A stretch of 64,000 bases of DNA from Eledone cirrhosa (Eukaryota). The notes under the pieces were generated by a model, which was not told the DNA's origin, made no database searches, and saw only the letters and a program-made list of their open reading frames with translations. The stretch covers positions 124,001-188,000 of the forward strand of contig CAXHJY010000001.1 in assembly GCA_964016885.1 (NCBI GenBank). Direction: 5' to 3'. Made by a program: the position numbers and the translations under genes. Shown here one piece after another: positions 18,001-29,300 of this stretch; the first letter of the stretch is position 1, and each line of letters starts with the position of its first letter.

Positions 18001-19138
18001 CACTGAACAACCACTGTATACCAATGAACAACCACTAGATACCACTGAACAACCACTAGATACCACTGTACTACCACTAGATACTAACACTAAAGTACCA
18101 CTAGATACCACTGAACTACCACTAGATAGCACTAGATACAACTGAAAAACCACTAAATACAACTGAACAACCACTAGATACCACTGAACAACCACTAGGT
18201 ACCACTGAACAACCACCTGATACCACTGAACTACCACTAGATACTAACACTAAAGTACCACTAAACAACCACTAGATACCACTGAACAACCACTAGATAC
18301 AACTGAACAACCACTATATACCACTAAACAACCATTAGGTACCACTAGATACCACTGGACAACCACTAGATACCACTAAACTACCACTAGATACCACTAA
18401 ACTACCACTAAATAACACAGACAACTACTAGATGCCACTGGACAACCACTAGATACTACCACTAAACCACAACAAGATACCACTGAACAACCACAAGATA
18501 CCACTAAACAACCACTAGATACCACTAAACAACCACTAGATACCACTAAACAACCACTACATGCCACTAAACAACCACTAGATACCACTGAACAACCACA
18601 AGATACCACTGAACAACCACAAGATACCACTAAACAACCACTAGATACCACTAAACAACCACTAGATACCACTAAACAACCACTACATGCCACTAAACAA
18701 CCACTAGATACCACTAAACAACCACTAGAAACCACTAAACAACCACTAGATACCACTAAACAACCACTAGATACCACTAAACAACCGCAAGATACCACTA
18801 AACAACCGCAAGATACCACTAAACAACCACTAGATACCACTAAACAACCACTAGATACTACTAAACAACCACTAGATACCACTAAACAACCACTAGATAC
18901 CACTAAACAACCACTAGATACCACTAAACAACCACTAGATACCACTAAACAACCACTAGATACCACTAAACAAAAACTAGATACTATGACTAATCAACCA
19001 CTAGATACCGCTGAAGAACCACTCGGTACCACTGATCAACCACTTGATACCACTGTACAACCACTAGATACCATGGAACACCCACTAGATACCACTGAAC
19101 AACCACTAGATACCACTGAACAACCACTAGATACCACT
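1..19138. repeat. 21-bp minisatellite/satellite array, block 1 (consensus ACCACTAGATACCACT[G/A]AACA), open at window start
   Basis: Continuous 21-bp tandem period with single-base variants and occasional 10/11-, 18-, 19- and 24-bp units. It explains all TTEQPLD / VVSSGCS / VVQWYL ORFs. Confidence 0.99.
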
Positions 19139-19178
19139 GTGACCTACATTCCGCGGGCTCACATACATTCTCTGTGCG

Positions 19179-19203
19179 TGATTTGGCTCAGTTCAGCCAA
19201 TCA
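19179..19203 (+). promoter_or_regulatory. CCAAT box within a short inverted repeat in the LTR (TGATTTGGCT-cagttc-AGCCAATCA)
   Basis: Read directly and present in all four LTRs. It lies ~210 bp upstream of the TATAAA motif. Function is inferred. Confidence 0.4.
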
Positions 19204-19408
19204 GCGCCAGTAGAAGAGGATGTATCCCTACGCGCCCTGAGGAAGAAATTCCCCGCGAAGATTTGAAGAATCTCTAGCTTGTACCAGAAACTTCGAGCCA
19301 GCAACACGCATAATGTAACAGTGAGATATTGCACCCCTAGCCTCGCCGGCTTAATGGCGCAATGGCACATTCCCTAATGTAACCTCTTTGTATCTGTAAC
19401 TTCAACCA

Positions 19409-19418
19409 TATAAATAAA
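19409..19418 (+). promoter_or_regulatory. Overlapping TATAAA / AATAAA (TATA box and/or polyadenylation signal) in the LTR
   Basis: TATAAATAAA followed ~35 bp later by GT-rich GTCGTTGTTTTGTT, consistent with a poly(A) signal plus downstream element. Present in all four LTRs. Confidence 0.5.
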
Positions 19419-19689
19419 CAAACATTTCATCTCTAATTACTGCGGTTGAAGTCGTTGTTTTGTTACTCGTGTCTCAATGACATCTTTAATCCATGCTGCT
19501 GGAATTGGCGACCTGACGAAAGGAATATTGTAAATAGATGGTAAATAGATCGAGGGACCTTCCCTCACGTCTATGTCAACAAGATAATCCAACGAGGATA
19601 CTATCACTTACCACACTGGCAACTAACGACCACTGATTCTACCACCCCCGCTAAAGTGGCGATAGCATCAACAACTAATACTGCTAAAG

Positions 19690-19703
19690 TGGTGACCGAC
19701 ATA
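19690..19703 (+). other. Putative primer-binding site, degenerate tRNA-Trp type
   Basis: TGGTGACCGACAT begins 1 nt after the 5' LTR end. It resembles the complement of the eukaryotic tRNA-Trp 3' end (TGGTGACCCCGACGT) with a 2-nt deletion. Confidence 0.6.
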
Positions 19704-21256
19704 AGAATATCACGCAGCCCTTCTTATTCATTCAGTTTAACTTTTATTGCCACGTCGCAACTTGCGAAAATCCAGAATATTCCTTTTAAGATTTTTGAAA
19801 AATTAGCAGTATTTCAAAAACTTTTTCGCCACGAAAAAATTTCAAGATGGCTACCGACATGTCATGGCTACGCTTGACAACAACAATGACAGCAGCAGCG
19901 ACAGCGTTGTTTAACCACTGACCAATACAGGGAACAGTGAGTGGCAGCTTCATAACCTTACCAACGCCAACCACCACACATCGGAAATTTCAAAACGGCT
20001 TGTAACTTTACCGACGCAACCACCATACCTTCTGTCTCGTTACCACAGGGACGCGAGAAATTGAGACAGTAGTTTTCTCACCATTATGGCGTCAGACGTG
20101 ACTGCCATATTTGGTGACTCCTACTCTACAGAAGATTCTTTGACTTTGCTTTAACAAGAAGCAACACAACCGTGTGGCGGGACGGGAAAATGGCCACGAA
20201 ATCTCACAAAAACACCCTACATCTAACCCCTAACGGCATTAACAAACTTCTTTTTCAGTTTTCAGATAGAACTAGTGTCTGTACACTGGTGATGTGTGAA
20301 CTATTTGACTTTGAAAAACTTTGAACTTATTGAGCAATTTCTCTGCTCCCCTAGATTGACTTTGAGTTATCAGTTTGTTACATTCACATATTTCTTTGTA
20401 GAATGCATTTACTTGTTTTGTGCTCTTTTGCTATTTGCTTGCTCATGGTTCTTGTTCATTCACATTCTTTGCTGTTTTACATGCCTGCATATGCACACAC
20501 TTTTTTTTATCACACACCAGCTTGTTGTTCTTGGTATATGTTCTTCAAACGTAATATTCTGCGAGTCCCTTTTCACCTGGTTGAGATGCTGGCAGCTCAC
20601 AGAGCTTAATCCACTGGATTCAAACAGTCACCGCAACACGAGAATACTAATTGCAGCTGCACTCAAACAGCTTCGCATCTCGTTGCACACTAATCGTCCG
20701 TGACGGCCATCCGTATTGTTGTTTTTGCCCGACTCGCTGGGAAAGCAACAAATTGAACTGGACTTGTTAGCATTTCAGCTGCTTCTGTGGATTCGCCCGA
20801 ATTATGGAATTTACACTGCAACCCACCTACACATTAAACTTGCCTTTTGTTCTTTACAAAGCAGCCAGCCATTTTTTCCTGGCTCCACTGCACATTCGAC
20901 AATACATCTGGGGGCCATCATTTTCTCGCCAGCACTGGTAAACTACCATAATAGCTTCGTTCACAGCTACTGGTACAACGCTTACCATTAACATTTAATG
21001 CAAGAACAGCAACCTCGCCCATGTCAGACTTCATCCGTTTTTTGTTAGACCTTTGGCAGTCACGTATAAACAACAAAACAACTGGTCATTTGACACAGCG
21101 GCTCAACACGACCCGTAGCGCCTCATTTTTTGTTCTTGCATGCAACCTTCTGCTCAATTATTTTTTCACTGATGTGCTCTTTCAGCATTTGTTCTTGCTG
21201 ATTTAATAATATGTGGGTCCTTGGTTTCTTCGTTATCGATTTTCGGCTGAAAATCT

Positions 21257-21268
21257 GGTTGGAGGTGA
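21257..21268 (+). other. Putative polypurine tract
   Basis: GGTTGGAGGTGA lies directly 5' of TGTAG at the 3' LTR start. It is an imperfect purine run. Confidence 0.55.
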
Positions 21269-21821
21269 TGTAGTGACCTACATTCCGCGGACTCACATAC
21301 ATTCTCTGTGCGTGATTTGGCTCAGTTCAGCCAATCGGCGCCAGTAGAAGAGGATGTATCCCAACGCGCCCTGAGGAAGAAATTCCCCGCGAAGATTTGA
21401 AGAATCTCTAGCTTGTACCAGAAACTTCGAGCCAGCAACACGCATAATGTAACAGTGAGATATTGCACCCCTAGCCTCGCCGGCTTAACGGCGCAATGGC
21501 ACATTCCCTAATGTAACCTCTTTGTATCTGTAACTTCAACCATATAAATAAACAAACATTTCATCTCTAATTACTGCGGTTGAAGTCGTTGTTTTGTTAC
21601 TCGTGTCTCAATGACATCTTTAATCCATGCTGCTGGAATTGGCGACCTGACGAAAGGAATATTGTAAATAGATGGTAAATAGATCGAGGAACCTTCCCTT
21701 ACGTCTATGTCAACAAGATAATCCAACGAGGATACTATCACTTACCACACTGGCAACTAACGACCACTGATTCTACCACCCCGCTAAAGTGGCGATAGCA
21801 TCAACAACTAATACTGCTAAA
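21269..21821 (+). repeat. 3' LTR of copy 1
   Basis: Starts TGTAGTGACC and ends CTGCTAAA (TGTAG...CTAAA, one mismatch from the TGTAG...CTACA inverted ends). The satellite resumes at 21822. Confidence 0.9.
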
Positions 21822-23703
21822 CCGCTGAAGAACCACTCAGTACCACTGATCAACCACTTGATACCACTGTAAAACCACTAGATACCATTGAACACCCACT
21901 AGATACCACTGAACAACCACTAGATACCACTGGACAACCACTAGATACAACTGAACAACCACTAGATACCACTGAACAACCACTAGATACCACTGAACAG
22001 CCACTAGCTACCACTAAACACCCACTAGATACCACTGAACAACCACTAGATACCACTGGACAACCACTAGATACCACTGGACAACCACTAGATACCACTG
22101 GACAAACACTAGATACCACTGAAAAACCACTAGATACCAGTGAACAACCACTAGATACCACTAAACAACCACTAGGTACCACTAGATAACACTGGACAAC
22201 CACTAGATACCACTAAACAACCACTAGATACCACTGAACAACCACTAGATACAACTGAACAACCACTATATACCACTAAACAACCACTAGATACCACTAA
22301 ACAACAACTAGATACCACTAAACAACCACTATATACCACTAGATAACGCTGACCAACCACTAGGTACCGCTGAACAACCACTAGATACCACTAAACAACT
22401 ACTTGACACCACTAAACAACCACTAGATACCACTGACAACCACTAGATATCACTGAACAACCACTAGATAGCACTGAACAACCACTAGATATCACTGAAC
22501 AACCACTGTATACCAATGAACAACCACTAGATACCACTGAACAACCACTAGATACCACTGTACTACCACTAGATACTAACACTAAAGTACCACTAGATAC
22601 CACTGAACTACCACTAGATAGCACTAGATACAACTGAAAAACCACTAAATACAACTGAACAACCACTAGATACCACTGAACAACCACTAGGTACCACTGA
22701 ACAACCACCTGATACCACTGAACTACCACTAGATACTAACACTAAAGTACCACTAGATACCACTAAACAACCACTAGATACCACTGAACAACCACTAGAT
22801 ACAACTGAACAACCACTATATACCACTAAACAACCATTAGGTACCACTAGATACCACTGGACAACCACTAGATACCACTAAACTACCACTAGATACCACT
22901 AAACTACCACTAAATAACACAGACAACTACTAGATGCCACTGGACAACCACTAGATACTACCACTAAACCACAACAAGATACCACTGAACAACCACAAGA
23001 TACCACTAAACAACCACTAGATACCACTAAACAACCACTAGATACCACTAAACAACCACTACATGCCACTAAACAACCACTAGATACCACTGAACAACCA
23101 CAAGATACCACTGAACAACCACAAGATACCACTAAACAACCACTAGATACCACTAAACAACCACTAGATACCACTAAACAACCACTACATGCCACTAAAC
23201 AACCACTAGATACCACTAAACAACCACTAGATACCACTTAACAACCACTAGATACCACTAAACAACCACTAGAAACCACTAAACAACCACTAGATACCAC
23301 TAAACAACCACTAGATACCACTAAACAACCGCAAGATACCACTAAACAACCGCAAGATACCACTAAACAACCACTAGATACCACTAAACAACCACTAGAT
23401 ACTACTAAACAACCACTAGATACCACTAAACAACCACTAGATACCACTAAACAACCACTAGATACCACTAAACAACCACTAGATACCACTAAACAACCAC
23501 TAGATACCACTAAACAACCACTAGATACCACTAAACAAAAACTAGATACTATGACTAATCAACCACTAGATACCGCTGAAGAACCACTCGGTACCACTGA
23601 TCAACCACTTGATACCACTGTACAACCACTAGATACCATGGAACACCCACTAGATACCACTGAACAACCACTAGATACCACTGAACAACCACTAGATACC
23701 ACT
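21822..23703. repeat. 21-bp satellite, block 2 (between the two LTR elements)
   Basis: Same 21-bp unit. 22450-23703 closely copies 17960-19138. Confidence 0.98.
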
Positions 23704-26386
23704 GTGACCTACATTCCGCGGGCTCACATACATTCTCTGTGCGTGATTTGGCTCAGTTCAGCCAATCAGCGCCAGTAGAAGAGGATGTATCCCTACGCGC
23801 CCTGAGGAAGAAATTCCCCGCGAAGATTTGAAGAATCTCTAGCTTGTACCAGAAACTTCGAGCCAGCAACACGCATAATGTAACAGTGAGATATTGCACC
23901 CCTAGCCTCGCCGGCTTAACGGCGCAATGGCACATTCCCTAATGTAACCTCTTTGTATCTGTAACTTCAACCATATAAATAAACAAACATTTCATCTCTA
24001 ATTACTGCGGTTGAAGTCGTTGTTTTGTTACTCGTGTCTCAATGACATCTTTAATCCATGCTGCTGGAATTGGCGACCTGACGAAAGGAATATTGTAAAT
24101 AGATGGTAAATAGATCGAGGGACCTTCCCTCACGTCTATGTCAACAAGATAATCCAACGAGGATACTATCACTTACCACACTGGCAACTAACGACCACTG
24201 ATTCTACCACCCCCGCTAAAGTGGCGATAGCATCAACAACTAATACTGCTAAAGTGGTGACCGACATAAGAATATCACGCAGCCCTTCTTATTCATTCAG
24301 TTTAACTTTTATTGCCACGTCGCAACTTGCGAAAATCCAGAATATTCCTTTTAAGATTTTTGAAAAATTAGCAGTATTTCAAAAACTTTTTCGCCACGAA
24401 AAAATTTCAAGATGGCTACCGACATGTCATGGCTACGCTTGACAACAACAATGACAGCAGCAGCGACAGCGTTGTTTAACCACTGACCAATACAGGGAAC
24501 AGTGAGTGGCAGCTTCATAACCTTACCAACGCCAACCACCACACATCGGAAATTTCAAAACGGCTTGTAACTTTACCGACGCAACCACCATACCTTCTGT
24601 CTCGTTACCACAGGGACGCGAGAAATTGAGACAGTAGTTTTCTCACCATTATGGCGTCAGACGTGACTGCCATATTTGGTGACTCCTACTCTACAGAAGA
24701 TTCTTTGACTTTGCTTTAACAAGAAGCAACACAACCGTGTGGCGGGACGGGAAAATGGCCACGAAATCTCACAAAAACACCCTACATCTAACCCCTAACG
24801 GCATTAACAAACTTCTTTTTCAGTTTTCAGATAGAACTAGTGTCTGTACACTGGTGATGTGTGAACTATTTGACTTTGAAAAACTTTGAACTTATTGAGC
24901 AATTTCTCTGCTCCCCTAGATTGACTTTGAGTTATCAGTTTGTTACATTCACATATTTCTTTGTAGAATGCATTTACTTGTTTTGTGCTCTTTTGCTATT
25001 TGCTTGCTCATGGTTCTTGTTCATTCACATTCTTTGCTGTTTTACATGCCTGCATATGCACACACTTTTTTTTATCACACACCAGCTTGTTGTTCTTGGT
25101 ATATGTTCTTCAAACGTAATATTCTGCGAGTCCCTTTTCACCTGGTTGAGATGCTGGCAGCTCACAGAGCTTAATCCACTGGATTCAAACAGTCACCGCA
25201 ACACGAGAATACTAATTGCAGCTGCACTCAAACAGCTTCGCATCTCGTTGCACACTAATCGTCCGTGACGGCCATCCGTATTGTTGTTTTTGCCCGACTC
25301 GCTGGGAAAGCAACAAATTGAACTGGACTTGTTAGCATTTCAGCTGCTTCTGTGGATTCGCCCGAATTATGGAATTTACACTGCAACCCACCTACACATT
25401 AAACTTGCCTTTTGTTCTTTACAAAGCAGCCAGCCATTTTTTCCTGGCTCCACTGCACATTCGACAATACATCTGGGGGCCATCATTTTCTCGCCAGCAC
25501 TGGTAAACTACCATAATAGCTTCGTTCACAGCTACTGGTACAACGCTTACCATTAACATTTAATGCAAGAACAGCAACCTCGCCCATGTCAGACTTCATC
25601 CGTTTTTTGTTAGACCTTTGGCGGTCACGTATAAACAACAAAACAACTGGTCATTTGACACAGCGGCTCAACACGACCCGTAGCGCCTCATTTTTTGTTC
25701 TTGCATGCAACCTTCTGCTCAATTATTTTTTCACTGATGTGCTCTTTCAGCATTTGTTCTTGCTGATTTAATAATATGTGGGTCCTTGGTTTCTTCGTTA
25801 TCGATTTTCGGCTGAAAATCTGGTTGGAGGTGATGTAGTGACCTACATTCCGCGGACTCACATACATTCTCTGTGCGTGATTTGGCTCAGTTCAGCCAAT
25901 CGGCGCCAGTAGAAGAGGATGTATCCCAACGCGCCCTGAGGAAGAAATTCCCCGCGAAGATTTGAAGAATCTCTAGCTTGTACCAGAAACTTCGAGCCAG
26001 CAACACGCATAATGTAACAGTGAGATATTGCACCCCTAGCCTCGCCGGCTTAACGGCGCAATGGCACATTCCCTAATGTAACCTCTTTGTATCTGTAACT
26101 TCAACCATATAAATAAACAAACATTTCATCTCTAATTACTGCGGTTGAAGTCGTTGTTTTGTTACTCGTGTCTCAATGACATCTTTAATCCATGCTGCTG
26201 GAATTGGCGACCTGACGAAAGGAATATTGTAAATAGATGGTAAATAGATCGAGGAACCTTCACTTACGTCTATGTCAACAAGATAATCCAACGAGGATAC
26301 TATCACTTACCACACTGGCAACTAACGACCACTGATTCTACCACCCCGCTAAAGTGGCGATAGCATCAACAACTAATACTGCTAAA
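23704..26386 (+). mobile_element. Non-autonomous LTR retrotransposon, copy 2 (LTRs 23704-24253 and 25834-26386)
   Basis: Exactly 4565 bp offset from copy 1 (e.g. ORFs 20296/24861 and 21021/25586). Only about 3 substitutions seen, and the satellite junctions are identical. Confidence 0.88.
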
Positions 26387-29300
26387 CCGCTGAAGAACCA
26401 CTCGGTACCACTGATCAACCACTTGATACCACTGTAAAACCACTAGATACCATTGAACACCCACTAGATACCACTGAACAACCACTAGATACAATTGAAC
26501 AACCACTAGATACCACTGGACAACCACTAGATACAACTGAACAACCACTAGATACAACTGAACAACCACTAGATACCACTGAACAACCACTAGATACCAC
26601 TGAACAGCCACTAGCTACCACTAAACACCCACTAGATACCACTGAACAACCACTAGATACCACTGGACAACCACTAGATACCACTGGACAACCACTAGAT
26701 ACCACTGGACAAACACTAGATACCACTGAAAAACCACTAGATACCAGTGAACAACCACTAGATACCACTAAACAACCACTAGGTACCACTAGATAACACT
26801 GGACAACCACTAGATACCACTAAACAACCACTAGATACCACTGAACAACCACTAGATACAACTGAACAACCACTATATACCACTAAACAACCACTATATA
26901 CCACTAAACAACCACTAGGTACCACTGGACAACCACTAGATACCACAGACAACCACTAGATGCCACTAAACAACCACTATGTACCACTGGACAACCACTA
27001 GATACTACCACTAAACCACAACTAGATACCACTGAACAACCACAAGATACCACTGAACAACCACAAGATACCACTGAACAACCACAAGATACCACTAAAC
27101 AACCACTAGATACCACTAAACAACCACTACATGCCACTAAACAACCACTAGATACCACTGAACAACCACAAGATACCATTAGATACCACTGAACAAGCAC
27201 AAGATACCACTAAACAACCACTAGATACCACTAAACAACCACTAGATACCACTAAACTACCACTAGATGCCACTAAACAACCACTACATGCCACTAAACA
27301 ACCACTAGATACCACTAAACAACCACTAGATACCACTGAACAACCACTAGATACCACTAAACAACCACTGGATACCACTAAACAACCACTGGATACCACT
27401 AAACAAGCACTAGATACCACTAAACAACCACTAGATACCTCTAAACAACCACTAGATACCACTAAACAACCACTAGATACCACTAAACAACCACTAGATA
27501 CCACTAACCAACCACTAGATACCACTAACCAACCACTAGATACCACTAAACAACCACTAGATACCACTAAACAACCACTAGATACCACTAAACAACCACT
27601 AGACACCACTAAACAACCAGTAGATACCACTGAAAAACCACTAGATACCACTAAACAAAAACTAGATACTATGACTAATCAACCACTAGATACCGCTGAA
27701 GAACCACTCGGTACCACTGATCAGCCACTAGATACCATTGAACACCCACTAGATACCAATGAACAACCACTAGATACCACTGAACAACCACCAGATACCA
27801 CTGGACAACCACTAGATACAACTGAACAACCACTAGATACCACTGAACAACCACTAGATACCACTGAACAGCCACTAGCTACCACTGAACAAAGACTAGA
27901 TACCACTGAACAACCACTAGATACCACTGAACAACCACTAGATACCACTGGACACCCACTAGATACCACTGGACACCCACTAGATACCATTGAACACCCA
28001 CTAGATACCATTGAACAGCCACTAGATACCACTGGACAACCACTAGATACCACTGGACAACCACTAGATACCACTGGACAAACACTAGATACCACTGAAA
28101 AACCACGAGATACCAGTGAACAACCACTAGATACCACTAAACAACCACTAGGTATCAATGAACAACCACTAGGTACCACTAGATAACACTGGACAACCAC
28201 TAGATACCACTAAACTACCACTAAATACCACTGGACAACCACTAGATGCCACTAAACAACCACTAGATAGTACCACTAGACAACCACAAGATACCACTGA
28301 ACAACCACAAGATACCACTGAACAACCACTAGATACCACTAAACTACAACTAGATACCACTGAACAACAACTAGACACCACTGAACAACCACTAGATACC
28401 ACTAAACAGTCACTAGATACTAACACTAAAATACCACTAGATACCACTAAACAACCAATACATACCACTAGATAACGCTGACCAACCACTAGGTACCGCT
28501 GAACAACCACTAGATACCACTAAACAACTACTTGACACCACTAAACAACCACTAGATACCACTGACAACCACTAGATATCACTGAACAACCATTAGATAG
28601 CACTGAACAACCACAGAAACCACTGAACAACCACTAGATATCACTGAACAACCACTGTATACCAATGAACAGCCACTAGGTACCACTGAACAACCTCTAG
28701 ATACCACTGTACTACCACTAGATACTAACACTAAAGTACCACTAGATACCACTGAACTACCACTAGATAGCACTAGATACAACTGAACCACTAGATACCA
28801 CTGAACAACCACTAGATACCACTGAACAACCACCTGATACCACTGAACTACCACTAGATACTAACACTAAAGTACCACTAGATACCACTGAACAACAACT
28901 AGATACCACTAAACAACAACTAGATACCACTAAACAACAACTAGATACCACTAAACAACCACTAGATACCACTGAACAACCAGTAGATACAACTGAACAA
29001 CCACTATATACCACTAAACAACCACTAGGTACCACTAGATAACACTGGACAACCACTAAACTACCACTAAACTACCACTAGATACCACTGGACAACCACT
29101 AGATACCACTAAATACCACAGACAACCACTAGATGCCACTAAACAACCACTATGTACCACTGGACAACCACTAGATACTACCACTAAACCACCATTAGAT
29201 ACCACTCAACAACCACAAGATACCACTAAACAACCACAAGATACCACTAAACAACCACTAGATACCACTAAACAACCACTATATACCACTAAACAACCAC

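Larger units (their letters stand above)
19139..19688 (+). repeat. 5' LTR of copy 1
   Basis: GTGACCTACATTCC...ATACTGCTAAA matches 21273-21821 with about 7 differences by eye. The first bases of the TGTA start seen in the 3' LTR are missing or altered. Confidence 0.9.
19139..21821 (+). mobile_element. Non-autonomous LTR retrotransposon, copy 1 (~2.68 kb; Gypsy-like termini; no recognisable gag/pol)
   Basis: ~550-bp direct repeats at both ends. TGGTGACCGAC follows the first repeat, and purine-rich GGTTGGAGGTGA precedes TGTAGTGACC at the start of the second. The 1.58-kb interior has no long ORF with retroelement motifs. The Gypsy assignment is inference from the termini only. Confidence 0.85.

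Noticed and set aside
20296-20991. Hydrophobic 135-aa and 91-aa ORFs in the LTR interior as env-like or membrane proteins
   Set aside because: They have GTG/TTG starts, their hydrophobicity is explained by T-rich DNA, and they show no recognisable motif. Conservation between copies only reflects the recent duplication.
19139-26386. One large composite element or DIRS/Penelope-type split-repeat structure spanning both copies
   Set aside because: The spacer between the copies is ordinary satellite duplicated from the flanks. The PBS/PPT placement fits two simple LTR elements.
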